A DNA stretch of 32,000 bases, taken from positions 4,410,001-4,442,000 of the forward strand of contig NZ_LN831024.1 of assembly GCF_001457615.1 (NCBI RefSeq). The letters are read 5' to 3'. This DNA is from Pseudomonas aeruginosa. GTDB lineage: Bacteria; Pseudomonadota; Gammaproteobacteria; Pseudomonadales; Pseudomonadaceae. Shown piece by piece: positions 8,533 to 17,578 of this stretch (the stretch's first letter is position 1; each line of letters starts with the position of its first letter). The notes below the pieces were generated by a model. The model was not told the DNA's origin, did no database searches, and saw nothing but the letters and a program-made list of their open reading frames with translations. Position numbers and translations under genes: made by a program.

Positions 8533-9450
8533 TCAGATCGGGTCCCAGGAGAACACGTCCGGGCTGCGCGCCAGGTCCATGAAGCTGCCGCGCAACGCCG
8601 GCATGCCGTGCTCGGCGATGCTCTGCGGGGTCCAGCCGTGCTCGCTATGCACACTGCGCAGCGGCCGGCTCTGGCTCATCAGGAAGAGTTCGTGGTGACG
8701 CGCGGCGAACACCTGGCCGGTGACCTCGCGGGCGGCGTCGGACGCCAGGTAGACGGCCAGCGGCGCGTTCTTCTCGGGGGTCATGCGCTGCAGCTTGTCG
8801 ACGCGGGCCTTCTGCTCCGGGGTTGCGGCCGGGATCGAGTCGGTCATCCGGCTCCAGGCGAACGGCGCGATGCAATTCGAACGCACGTTGTAGCGCTGCA
8901 TGTCGAGGGCGATGGATTTGCTCAAGGCGACGATGCCCAGCTTGGCCGCGGAATAATTGGCCTGGCCGAAGTTGCCGATCAGCCCGGAAGTGCTGGTCAT
9001 GTGTACGAAGGCGCCGGCCTGCTGGGTACGGAAGCGTTCGGCGGCGGCCCGGCTGACGAAGAAGCTGCCGTTGAGATGGACATTGATCACCGACAGCCAG
9101 TCGTCGGCGCTCATCTTGTGGAAGATCGCATCGCGCAGGATGCCAGCGTTGTTCACCACGATATCCAGACGCCCGAAACCGTCCATGGCGCATTCGACGA
9201 TACGCCGCGCGCTGTCCCAGTCGGCGACGCTGTCGGTGTTGATCAGACCTTCGCCGCCTCGCTGGCGGATCAGGCCAAGGGTCTCTTCGGCCGGCGAGGC
9301 CGACCCGCCCTCGCCCTGTAGCGATACGCCGATATCGTTGATCACCACCCGTGCCCCGGAATCGGCCAGGGCCAGGGCGATCTCGCGGCCGATGCCGCCG
9401 CCCGCGCCGGTAACGATCGCGACCTTGCCTTCATTGAGTCTGCTGCTCAT
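8533..9450 (-). CDS. SDR-family oxidoreductase, MFE-2-type (probable (R)-3-hydroxyacyl-CoA dehydrogenase)
   Basis: Cofactor motif VAIVTGAGGGIGR. VVNNAGILRD...SMTSTSGLIGNFGQANYSAAKLG carries the YxxxK catalytic motif, and IAPFAWSRMT closely resembles the dehydrogenase domain of multifunctional enzyme type 2. Confidence 0.85.
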   Translation of the reverse strand: MSSRLNEGKVAIVTGAGGGIGREIALALADSGARVVINDIGVSLQGEGGSASPAEETLGLIRQRGGEGLINTDSVADWDSARRIVECAMDGFGRLDIVVNNAGILRDAIFHKMSADDWLSVINVHLNGSFFVSRAAAERFRTQQAGAFVHMTSTSGLIGNFGQANYSAAKLGIVALSKSIALDMQRYNVRSNCIAPFAWSRMTDSIPAATPEQKARVDKLQRMTPEKNAPLAVYLASDAAREVTGQVFAARHHELFLMSQSRPLRSVHSEHGWTPQSIAEHGMPALRGSFMDLARSPDVFSWDPI

Positions 9451-9490
9451 GGGTAATCCTCTTCGTCCCGTGGATGTCGTTCGGTTGCGC

Positions 9491-10636
9491 TCAGCCCGGC
9501 AGGCCGAGGACGCTCTTGGCCAGGATGTTGCGCTGGATTTCGTTGCTGCCGCCGTAGATGGTGGTCGGCCGCGACTGGATGAAGATCCCCGCCGGATGCA
9601 ACTCGGGGTCTTCGGCGAAGGGCTGCAGCAGGGCCGAATCCTCCCCGGCGACCTCCAGGCCCAGCTCGCTGATGCGCTGGAACAGTTCGGACTGGAAGAT
9701 CTTCAGCATGGATACCTCCGGGCCGAGGCTCTCCCCACGCCGCAGGCGTTCGGCGAAACGCTCGTAGAGCGCCTTGTGGCTGTCCAGGTCCATGCTCAGC
9801 GCGGCGAAGCGGCGCACGAACAGAGGGTCGTGCCACAGTCCCAGGTGCCGGGCCAGGCGCTCCAGGCGCTGGAGAGCGAAGGTGGACTGCTTGGGCGAAC
9901 CGAGGAAGATCCGCTCGAAACCGAGCAGCGCCTTGGCCATGCTCCAACCCTGGTTGATTCCGCCGACCAGGCTGTCGTAGGGCACCCGCACGTCGTTGAA
10001 AAACACTTCGCAGAACTCGCCGTGCAGCTCCAGGTTGAGGATCGGCCGCACCTCGATGCCCGGGCTGTCCATCGGCACCAGCAGGAAGCTGATGCCGTGC
10101 TGCGCCTTGGCGCTGCGCTCGGTGCGGACCAGCAGGAAGATCCAGTTGGCCTCCGAGCCCATGGTGGTCCAGGTCTTCTGTCCGTTGATCACCCACTCGC
10201 CGTTTTCCAGGCGCGCCTCGGTGCGCAGGCTGGCCAGGTCGGAGCCGGCGTTGGGCTCGCTGTAGCCCTGGCACCAGATGTCTTCGCCGCTGAGAATGCG
10301 CGGCAGGAAGCGCGCCCGTTGCGCCTCGTCGCCATAGCGGATCAACAATGGGCCGAGCATGGTCACGCCGCTGTCGGGCAGGCGCGCGCAGCCGTACTCC
10401 TCCATTTCCTCCATCATGATCAGTTGCTTGCCGGCGCTCAGCCCCATGCCGCCGTACTCCCTGGGCCAGCCGGGACACAGCCAGCCCTGGCGCGACAACA
10501 GCAGGTACCACTCGCGGGTTTCCTCGCGCCCCAGGCGACGGGGCGGATTGCGGATGCGCTGCGGATAGTTGGCGGCGATCCACTCACGGACCATCAGGCG
10601 AAAGGCGTTGTCATCGAGACTGTCGTAGTCGCTCAT
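9491..10636 (-). CDS. Acyl-CoA dehydrogenase
   Basis: 381 aa counted from MSDYDSLDDNAF (ATG 10634-10636, SD GAGGA). ACAD middle domain (WCQGYSEPNAGSD) and C-terminal TIYGGSNEIQRNILAKSVLGLPG. Note the Gly at the MCAD-type catalytic Glu position (YEGT becomes YGGS). Confidence 0.9.
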   Translation of the reverse strand: MSDYDSLDDNAFRLMVREWIAANYPQRIRNPPRRLGREETREWYLLLSRQGWLCPGWPREYGGMGLSAGKQLIMMEEMEEYGCARLPDSGVTMLGPLLIRYGDEAQRARFLPRILSGEDIWCQGYSEPNAGSDLASLRTEARLENGEWVINGQKTWTTMGSEANWIFLLVRTERSAKAQHGISFLLVPMDSPGIEVRPILNLELHGEFCEVFFNDVRVPYDSLVGGINQGWSMAKALLGFERIFLGSPKQSTFALQRLERLARHLGLWHDPLFVRRFAALSMDLDSHKALYERFAERLRRGESLGPEVSMLKIFQSELFQRISELGLEVAGEDSALLQPFAEDPELHPAGIFIQSRPTTIYGGSNEIQRNILAKSVLGLPG

Positions 10637-10637
10637 C

Positions 10638-11399
10638 TCAGTTTCCTCTGAATACGGGGGGACGCTTGGCGAGAAAGGCCGCCTTGCCCTCGGCGTGGTC
10701 GGCGCTGAGAAACAACTGGCTCTGCAACTCGCCCTCCCGCTCCAGCAATAGGTCAAGGCCCTCGGCGAGCAACGCCTTGGTCATCGCCAGGGGCAACGGC
10801 GCCTGCTGCTCCACCCGCCCGGCCAGCTCCAGCGCCATCGCCAAGGCGCCGCCAGCGGCGCAGAGGCGGTCCGCCAGGCCGATGCGCAGTGCCTCCTCGG
10901 CCTCTACCACCTGGCCGAACATCAGGATCTGCCGTGCCCGCCCCCAACCGATGCGCGCCGGCAAGGTATGCAACTGGCCGAGGTCGGCGAGCAGCCCGAC
11001 CTTGCCGAAGCCGGCGGCGAAGCGGGCGCCGGCGCCGCAAACGATGCTGTCGCAGGCCAGCGCCACGGACAGCCCGGCCCCCACCGCCCAGCCCTCGACC
11101 GCGGCGATCAGCGGCTTGCCCATGCGCACCATCTGCCGCACCAGCCGCGCGTTGTCCTGCATTCGCGCCCTGCCGGCGGCCAACTCGGTCACCCGCATGT
11201 CGCCCAGGTCGCCGCCGGCGCAGAACACCTCTTCGCCACCGGTCAGCAGCACGCTGCGGATCGATGGGTCGCATTCGGCCGCCTCCAGGGCCCGCAGCAA
11301 TTCCATGCGCAGCGCCGGCGACAGTGCGTTGCGCCGGGCCGGGTTGTCGAAGCGCAACAGGCGCACCGTGCCGCGCGTTTCCTGCAACAAACCGCTCAT
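10638..11399 (-). CDS. Enoyl-CoA hydratase/isomerase (crotonase family)
   Basis: 253 aa. Crotonase motifs VLLTGGEEVFCAGGDL and IAAVEGWAVGAGLSVALACD. Its start overlaps the upstream ACAD stop (ATGA at 11397-11401). Its stop is 1 nt from the next ACAD start. Confidence 0.9.
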   Translation of the reverse strand: MSGLLQETRGTVRLLRFDNPARRNALSPALRMELLRALEAAECDPSIRSVLLTGGEEVFCAGGDLGDMRVTELAAGRARMQDNARLVRQMVRMGKPLIAAVEGWAVGAGLSVALACDSIVCGAGARFAAGFGKVGLLADLGQLHTLPARIGWGRARQILMFGQVVEAEEALRIGLADRLCAAGGALAMALELAGRVEQQAPLPLAMTKALLAEGLDLLLEREGELQSQLFLSADHAEGKAAFLAKRPPVFRGN

Positions 11400-12463
11400 C
11401 AGGCCACCTCCCGCTGTAGCAGCGCGGCGTAGCGCGCCTTGTGGAACGCCAGCGAGCCGTGGGCATTGAGCAGTACCATGGCGCGGCGCAGGAACAGGCC
11501 GATGTCCGCCTCGTCGGTGTAGCCGATGCCGCCGTGCAACTGGATGGCCTGGCGGGTCACCAGCAGAGCCGCTTCCGAGGCCCGTACCCGTGCGCTGGAA
11601 ACCTGCCGCTGGCGCTCGCTTTCCGACGCCCCGGCATCGATCGCGGCGGCGGCCTGCTCGACCATGGCGCGCGACAGTTCGATCTGGATCCTCAGGTCGA
11701 CCATGCGGTGCTGCAGCGCCTGGAAACTACCGATCTCGCGGCCGAACTGGCGACGTACCTTGAGGTACTCCAGGGTTCGCTCGAAGGCGCCATCCATCAG
11801 TCCGACCAGATAGGCCGCGCAGGCCAGCGCTGCCTCGTCCAGAACCTGTTCCGTTACCTCGCCGGACAACCACCGTGCCGGCGCATCGCGGAAACGCAGG
11901 CGCGCCAGGTGAGCGCCATCCTGGGTCGCCTCGCAGAGCAGTTCCACGCCATCGGCATCGCGCTCGACCAGCGCCAGGCCCTGCTCGCAGGCCACCAGCC
12001 AGGCATCGGCGGCGCCAGCCAGATGTACGTGAGCGACTTCGCCGTGCAGCCGCCCTTGCTGCATACGAGGGCGCCGCCGCCCATCGCGGTAGGCGATGCC
12101 CGCCGGCAGGACCAGCCGCTCAGCGGCCAGCAACGCAACGCGCTCGTCTTCCGGCAGCAGCGGCGCCACCAGCCCGGCCTCGATCAGCGGCTCGGGCAGC
12201 AGGCCGCGCCCCAGCGCCTCCAGCAACGCCGCGTATTCGCTCATGCCCAGGCCGCTGCCGCCCAACGCTTCATCCAGGCGCAGCGCCGGCCAGCCCATGG
12301 CGCAGACCTCGCGCCAGGCCTGGCGGTCCACCCCGCTACCGGTGAAACGACCGCGGCGCACGCGGCTCAGGTCGCCGTCGCGCGGCACCAGCGAAGCCGC
12401 GCTGTCGCGGATCATCCGCAGACGCTGCTCGCGCTCGCCGGCCCACTCGTCTTGCTCACTCAT
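11399..12463 (-). CDS. Acyl-CoA dehydrogenase-fold protein (divergent; possible non-catalytic or partner subunit)
   Basis: 354 aa counted from MSEQDEW (ATG 12461-12463, strong SD AGGAGG). The ACAD C-terminal domain is recognisable (RRQFGREIGSFQALQHRMVDL, QLHGGIGYTDEADIGLFLRRA). The YEGTxEIQ region is replaced by NAHGSLAFHK. Confidence 0.8.
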   Translation of the reverse strand: MSEQDEWAGEREQRLRMIRDSAASLVPRDGDLSRVRRGRFTGSGVDRQAWREVCAMGWPALRLDEALGGSGLGMSEYAALLEALGRGLLPEPLIEAGLVAPLLPEDERVALLAAERLVLPAGIAYRDGRRRPRMQQGRLHGEVAHVHLAGAADAWLVACEQGLALVERDADGVELLCEATQDGAHLARLRFRDAPARWLSGEVTEQVLDEAALACAAYLVGLMDGAFERTLEYLKVRRQFGREIGSFQALQHRMVDLRIQIELSRAMVEQAAAAIDAGASESERQRQVSSARVRASEAALLVTRQAIQLHGGIGYTDEADIGLFLRRAMVLLNAHGSLAFHKARYAALLQREVA

Positions 12464-12490
12464 CTGTTCGCCCTCCTGTCGATACGCCGA

Positions 12491-12517
12491 CCGCCCGTCC
12501 GTCATCTGCACGGGCGG
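12491..12517 (-). other. Perfect 8-bp GC-rich stem-loop in an intercistronic spacer
   Basis: CCGCCCGT (12491-12498) pairs with ACGGGCGG (12510-12517) around an 11-nt loop. Further GC palindromes follow (GCGCGG/CCGCGC, GTCCGGAC) in the 140-nt spacer between the thioesterase stop and the ACAD start. Confidence 0.35.
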
Positions 12518-12603
12518 CGCCGGCTTGTCCGCGCGGAGCGACCGCGCAGGCCGTGGTCCGGACGCGCGACGGATGGCTCCGCTGCCGCGCCGCCGGAACT
12601 CCG

Positions 12604-13011
12604 CTACGGCTTAGCCGCGCGGTACCTGAAGCTGCCCGAGGCCATGGCGATGACCTCGCCGCCCTCGTTGCAGATTTCCGCCGTGCAGAAGCAGATCGTG
12701 CGGGTCCGCCGCACCACCCTGCCAACCGCACGAAGCTCGCCGCGGGCGCTACCCATGAAGTGGGTAGCCATGTCGATGGTCACCATCGAGCAGTCCGGCA
12801 GGCAGGCACGGATCGCCTGGGCCATGGCGGCGTCCAGCACCGACATCAACACCCCGCCATGGAACTGTTGCAGGTAGTTCATCAGTTCCGGGCGATGCCC
12901 CAGGCGCACCCGCGCCACCCCGTCGGCATCGGTCCAGCGCTCGAGGCCGATGAACTCCTGGAAGCTGGCGGGCCGCTGCTCCGCCGCTGGCTGTCGTGGA
13001 AAAGAACTCAT
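12604..13011 (-). CDS. PaaI/4HBT-family hotdog-fold thioesterase
   Basis: 135 aa counted from MSSFPRQPAAEQRP (ATG 13009-13011, SD AGGAG). Family-typical segments are FIGLERW...ARVRL, LQQFHGGVLMSVLDAAMAQA and the C-terminal GEVIAMASGSF. The 697-aa track ORF is this gene fused to an out-of-frame read-through of the MFS gene. Confidence 0.8.
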   Translation of the reverse strand: MSSFPRQPAAEQRPASFQEFIGLERWTDADGVARVRLGHRPELMNYLQQFHGGVLMSVLDAAMAQAIRACLPDCSMVTIDMATHFMGSARGELRAVGRVVRRTRTICFCTAEICNEGGEVIAMASGSFRYRAAKP

Positions 13012-13034
13012 GGATGTGCACTCCTGCCGCAGGA

Positions 13035-14390
13035 TCAGGCCTTGGCCGCGCGCCGCTCGGCGGTATCCCCGGCACTGCCCGGCGCTTGCCGTCGGGAAGC
13101 GCTCTCGGCATCGCGGGACTCGCGGTTCGGGTCGTAGAGCCGGTCCGCAATGAACAGCGCCGGGATCAGCCCGGTGAGCACGTAGGTGATGCCCATCACC
13201 AGGAAACCCGCGCCGATCGACACGTGGGTGGCCAGCAGGCCGATGCCGGCGGGCGCCACCGCCGCGCCGATACGACCCAGGTTGTAGGCGGTGCCCACCG
13301 CCGAGCCGCGGACGCGGGTGGAGAAGCTCTCGGTCATGTAGGTGGCCAGCACCCCGACCGGAACGCCGTAGATGAAGCCGAAGGTGATGAGGATCCAGAG
13401 GATGTTGGAGGGCGAGTGGTAGAACACGATCAACGGCATGAAGGCGGCGCTGCCGATGGCCCCGGCGGCGAAGGTCAGGCGCCGGCCGAAGAGATCGGCG
13501 CAGACGCCGGCGGCGACCTTGCCGAGGATCATCGCGCTGTAGGTGCCGACCATGTAGCCGGTCATCGACTTGAAGTTCATCCCCAACTCGCTCTCCAGGT
13601 AGGACGGCATCCAGTTGTTGGTGCCGTAGTAGCCGAACAGCAGGAAGCAGGAGGTGAGGCTCCAGAGCAGGAACATGCCGCGCGTTTCCGGATCGCCCAG
13701 CATCCGTCCCAGCGGGCCGGCGCCGCCAGCCTCGGCGTGGCTCTGCGGAGCCGCGCCGGGACGCTGGCGCCCGGCCTGGGCCGCGAGCCAGGACGGCGAC
13801 TCCGGCACCCAGGGCCGCAGGGCCAGGCAGACCAGCGCCGGCGCCACGGCGGTGAAGAACAAGGCGCGCCAGCCGAACTCGGGGATGATCTGCCCCGCCA
13901 GCAGGGTCGCCACCAGGTAGCCCACGGTCCAGCCGGCCTGCATGGCGGCGAGGATGGTGGTGCGGTACCTGGTTCCGACGCACTCGGACATCAGGATGTT
14001 GCAGGCGACGAACAGCGAGCCGAGGCCGAGCGAGGCGACGAAGCGGATCAGCGCGAACTGCCAGTAGTTCTGGGTCAGCCCCAGCAACGCGGTACCGATG
14101 GAGAACAGCACGATGGTCCAGGTCACCACTCGCACCCGGCCGAAGCGGTCGCAGCACCAGCCGCCATAGATGCCGCCGACGGCCATGCCGGCGAGAGTCA
14201 GGCTGCCGAGGGAGCCGGCTTCGAAGTTGCTCAGGCCGAATTCGGCCTTCAGGCTGTTGAGGCTGTAGGCCAGGAACATCAGGTCGACGCCGTCGGCGAG
14301 CAGGCCGAGGAAGCAGAAGACGAAGGCGATCAGCATGGTGCGCCGGGAAATGGCCGGCGCCGGGTTCGGGGAAAGCGCGGTTGCATTCAT
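13035..14390 (-). CDS. MFS transporter (aromatic acid / dicarboxylate:H+ symporter type, MucK-like)
   Basis: 451 aa with about 12 hydrophobic segments. MFS signature-like GGWCCDRFGRVRV sits between TM2 and TM3. GC3-rich frame. From memory, PAO1 annotates this position as mucK-like. Confidence 0.85.
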   Translation of the reverse strand: MNATALSPNPAPAISRRTMLIAFVFCFLGLLADGVDLMFLAYSLNSLKAEFGLSNFEAGSLGSLTLAGMAVGGIYGGWCCDRFGRVRVVTWTIVLFSIGTALLGLTQNYWQFALIRFVASLGLGSLFVACNILMSECVGTRYRTTILAAMQAGWTVGYLVATLLAGQIIPEFGWRALFFTAVAPALVCLALRPWVPESPSWLAAQAGRQRPGAAPQSHAEAGGAGPLGRMLGDPETRGMFLLWSLTSCFLLFGYYGTNNWMPSYLESELGMNFKSMTGYMVGTYSAMILGKVAAGVCADLFGRRLTFAAGAIGSAAFMPLIVFYHSPSNILWILITFGFIYGVPVGVLATYMTESFSTRVRGSAVGTAYNLGRIGAAVAPAGIGLLATHVSIGAGFLVMGITYVLTGLIPALFIADRLYDPNRESRDAESASRRQAPGSAGDTAERRAAKA

Positions 14391-14471
14391 TATTCTTGTT
14401 CTCGCAAGCAGGATTTCGGTTGATCTTCACGGCAGCCCGACGGTCGTTCCCTCGCGCCGCCGCCCTTCGCT

Positions 14472-15338
14472 TCAGTCCGGCCGCTCTGGCGGCGGACCTA
14501 CCCGGCCGTTGTCCAGCACCACCACATCGCGCTCGACGACGCGAGTGCGGAACGAGCCGTCGCTCCACATCTCGGTACGCAAGGTCTCGCCGGGAAACAC
14601 CGGAGCCGAGAAACGCACCTGCAGATGTCCCAGTTGCCCCGCGCGGTAGTCGGCGAGCCCGCGCAACACCGCGTGGAATGCCACGCCGAGGGTGCACAGG
14701 CCATGCAGGATCGGCCGCGGGAAGCCGGCCCGCAGCGCTGCCGCGGGCTCCGCGTGGAGCGGGTTGTCGTCGCCGTTGAGGCGGTAGTACAGGGCCTGCT
14801 CCGGACGGGTCGGCAGGTCGAGTCGCAGGTCGGGTGTCCGTTCAGGCAAGCGATGCGGCGTTTCCGGCACCTGCCGGGAACCACCGAAGCCGCCGTCGCC
14901 GCGAAGGAAGGTGGTGCTGCGGGCGACAGCCAGCACCTCGCCGCTGAGCGCGTCGCTGAGCACCTTCTCGCTGTAGAGCAGCGCGCCCTTGTCGGCGCCC
15001 TTGTCTACCAGACCGGTGACCCGGGTCCGGCCGATCACCTCGCCTTCCGCCGGCAACGGCCGCCGCCACTCCAGGCGCTGCTCGCCGTGAACCAGGCGCA
15101 GCGCGTCCACGCCAGTCGCCGGATTGCCCAGCCAGAAGCCCGGATGACCGAGCACCAGGGCCATGCACGGCAATGCCTGGAGATCGCGGCACGGATCGAC
15201 GTAGGCCAGTTGGCGCTCGTCCAGCGGGTCGCCGCCCAGACCGAGGCTCAATGCGTAGAAGGCGCTGTCGCGCCGGCTGTAGCGCTGGCGTACTTCGGGG
15301 ATCGGGTAGTTCAGGAGCACCTCAGGATCGAGCGCCAT
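14472..15338 (-). CDS. MaoC-like (R)-specific enoyl-CoA hydratase (hydratase-2, double hotdog)
   Basis: 288 aa counted from MALDPEVLLNYPIPE (ATG 15336-15338, SD GAGGAGG). Hydratase-2 motif YRLNGDDNPLHAEPAAALRAGFPRPILHGLCT. The start overlaps the upstream synthetase gene by 17 nt. Confidence 0.85.
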   Translation of the reverse strand: MALDPEVLLNYPIPEVRQRYSRRDSAFYALSLGLGGDPLDERQLAYVDPCRDLQALPCMALVLGHPGFWLGNPATGVDALRLVHGEQRLEWRRPLPAEGEVIGRTRVTGLVDKGADKGALLYSEKVLSDALSGEVLAVARSTTFLRGDGGFGGSRQVPETPHRLPERTPDLRLDLPTRPEQALYYRLNGDDNPLHAEPAAALRAGFPRPILHGLCTLGVAFHAVLRGLADYRAGQLGHLQVRFSAPVFPGETLRTEMWSDGSFRTRVVERDVVVLDNGRVGPPPERPD

Positions 15339-17469
15339 CGGCCACCTCCTCGACTTCCAACACCGCATCCACCGCCCAGGCGCCCTGGCCCTCCGGCAAG
15401 GCGATGACCGGGTTGAGGTCCACCGAGCGCAAGCGCTCTCCCGCCTCCCAGGCGAACCGCGAGAGATTCGACAGCAGCCGTGCCAGCGCCGCGACGTCGG
15501 CCCGCGGCCGGCCACGCGCGCCGAACAGGAGCGGCGCGCCTCTGATGCTACGGATCATCGCCTCGGCTTCGTCGACCTCGAACGGGCAGCGGCGGAACAC
15601 CACGTCCTGCAGCACTTCGACGAAGATCCCGCCCAGGCCGAACAACGCCACCGGGCCGAACAGCGGATCGCGCTGGATCCCCATGAAGCACTCCACCCCG
15701 CCCTGCAGTTGGCGCGCCACCAGGACGCCATCGAGACGCGCCTGCGGCGCCTTCTCGGCGGCCCGGCGCAGGAGCAGTTGGAAACCGGCGCGTACCGCGT
15801 CCGCATCGCTTACGCCAAGCAGCACGCCGCCGATTTCCGACTTGTGCTGGATGTCCGCCGAGGCGAGCTTCAGCACCACCGGGTATCCGATGCCCTCGGC
15901 GAAGGCAACCGCCTCTTCGGCACTGCCCAGCACCGCCTCGGCGGCGGACTCGATACCGGCGCGCGCCAGCAGGCGCTTGGCCTCGGCTTCGCCGGGCGTG
16001 GAGGCGGGCAACTGTAGCCCGCCGGCAGGCCGGCGCAGGCGCAACGGCCGGGCGAAGGCTTCGCCGAGCCGCCCCATGGCCTGGATCGCCACTACCGCCC
16101 GGGTGGGGTCTTCGAACAGTGCGAAGCCGGCCTCCTCGTAGGGTGCCAGCTCCTCCCCCTCGCCCATCACCGAGACCACGAACAGACGCTCGGGATAAGC
16201 CTCCTTGATCCGCCGGAACTGCTCGGCCAGACGCGCGCCGATGGAGGCGGCGGTGCCGGCCTGGGTGAAGAAGGCGAGCAGCGAACGGTAGCCACCGTCG
16301 ACCACCATCGACTCGGTAAAGTCGCGCACCAGCGTCAGGTCGTTCAGGGCCTGCGCGGTGTAGTCCACCGGGTTGATCGGCGAAGCGAAGGACAGCCGTG
16401 CCTTCAGCCGCTCCTGGGCCATGTCCGGCATCGGCGGCATCGGCAGGCCGACTTCCTCGGCGACATCGCTGACGATGATCCCGGCGCCGCCGCTGACGGT
16501 GATCATGCCGAGGCTGTTGCCCACCGGATAGATACGCCGGGTGGCGAGGTAGGCGATGTCCATCAGTTCCTCGGTGGTCCTGGCGCGGATCACCGCATAG
16601 TCGCCCAGCACGGCGTCCAGCACCTTGTCGTCGCCGGCCAGCGAAGCGGTGTGGGACAGCGCCGCGCGGCTACCCAGGGCGCTGCGCCCGACCTTGTGCA
16701 GGATCACCGGCTTGCCGGCGCGATGCGCGGCCTCCAGGGCGGCGAGGAAGCTGTCGACGTTGCGGATGGATTCGGCGTAGGCCATCACCACGTCGATCTC
16801 CGGCGACTCCACCAGCCAGCCGATGCTGTCGCCCAGGGTGACGTCGGCCTCGTTACCGGTGGCCACGCAGATAGGGGTTCCCAGGCGGCACTGGCGCGCC
16901 ATGCCGAGCAGGTGCGCGCCGTAGGCACCGGACTGGGTGGCGATGCCTACCCGGCCGGGCAGCGGTACGCCACGTTCCAGGCTGGTGGAGAAGAACGCGT
17001 AATAACCCAGGTTACTGTTGAACGCACCGAGCGCATTCGGACCGAGCAGGCGCATACCGTGCTCGCGGGCAGCGGCTACCACCGCATCCTGCATCGCCGC
17101 GCCGGCCTCGCCGACCTCGCTGAATCCGGAAGAGAACACGATGGCACTGCGCGCCCCCTGGCGGCCCAGCGCCCGGACGGTCTCCAGCACCTGAGGCGCA
17201 GGCACCGCGACAATGGCCACGTCCGGTGCCTGCGGCAGCTCCGCAACGCTGGCGAAGGCCGGCAGCCCCTGGATTTCAGCACGATTCGGATTGACCGGGA
17301 GGATTTGCCCGGCATAGCCATGGCGCAGCATGTAGGCGATGGGACGGCCACCGATGCGGGTCGGGTCGCTGGAAGCGCCGATCACCGCGACCGAGCGTGG
17401 TTCGATCAATGGAGTAAGACTGGCGAAACGGGGAGCGTCGATGAGCTGTTGCGAGTGGTTCGCTGACAT
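15322..17469 (-). CDS. pauA: ADP-forming acyl-CoA synthetase (acetate--CoA ligase family; pimeloyl-CoA synthetase-like)
   Basis: 715 aa counted from MSANHSQQLIDAP (ATG 17467-17469). N-terminal CoA-binding domain (PRSVAVIGASSDPTRIGGRPI), succinyl-CoA-synthetase-like flavodoxin domains and a C-terminal ATP-grasp domain (GYPVVLKLASADIQHKSEIGGV). The symbol comes from remembered PAO1 annotation and synteny. Confidence 0.85.
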   Translation of the reverse strand: MSANHSQQLIDAPRFASLTPLIEPRSVAVIGASSDPTRIGGRPIAYMLRHGYAGQILPVNPNRAEIQGLPAFASVAELPQAPDVAIVAVPAPQVLETVRALGRQGARSAIVFSSGFSEVGEAGAAMQDAVVAAAREHGMRLLGPNALGAFNSNLGYYAFFSTSLERGVPLPGRVGIATQSGAYGAHLLGMARQCRLGTPICVATGNEADVTLGDSIGWLVESPEIDVVMAYAESIRNVDSFLAALEAAHRAGKPVILHKVGRSALGSRAALSHTASLAGDDKVLDAVLGDYAVIRARTTEELMDIAYLATRRIYPVGNSLGMITVSGGAGIIVSDVAEEVGLPMPPMPDMAQERLKARLSFASPINPVDYTAQALNDLTLVRDFTESMVVDGGYRSLLAFFTQAGTAASIGARLAEQFRRIKEAYPERLFVVSVMGEGEELAPYEEAGFALFEDPTRAVVAIQAMGRLGEAFARPLRLRRPAGGLQLPASTPGEAEAKRLLARAGIESAAEAVLGSAEEAVAFAEGIGYPVVLKLASADIQHKSEIGGVLLGVSDADAVRAGFQLLLRRAAEKAPQARLDGVLVARQLQGGVECFMGIQRDPLFGPVALFGLGGIFVEVLQDVVFRRCPFEVDEAEAMIRSIRGAPLLFGARGRPRADVAALARLLSNLSRFAWEAGERLRSVDLNPVIALPEGQGAWAVDAVLEVEEVADGARS

Positions 17470-17512
17470 GGGTTCACCTGATCCGTTTGTCTGTGGCCGG
17501 CACGACAACCTT

Positions 17513-17536
17513 CTCGCGGGCGAGCGCGCCCGCGGG
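17513..17536 (-). other. GC-rich stem-loop in the thiolase/pauA intercistronic spacer
   Basis: CGCGGGCG (17515-17522) pairs with CGCCCGCG (17527-17534) around the loop AGCG, extendable by 2 bp. No U-tract follows. Confidence 0.35.
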
Positions 17537-17578
17537 ACGCCGCCACGGCAGCGCCCGGAAGGCCTGTCGGCCAGGGGT

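Noticed and set aside
12604-14697. 697-aa minus-strand ORF spanning the thioesterase, the MFS gene and part of the MaoC gene.
   Set aside because: Only the last 135 codons (12604-13011) look like a real protein, the PaaI thioesterase, which has its own SD and ATG. The rest is an out-of-frame read-through of the MFS gene with an Arg/Pro-rich nonsense composition.
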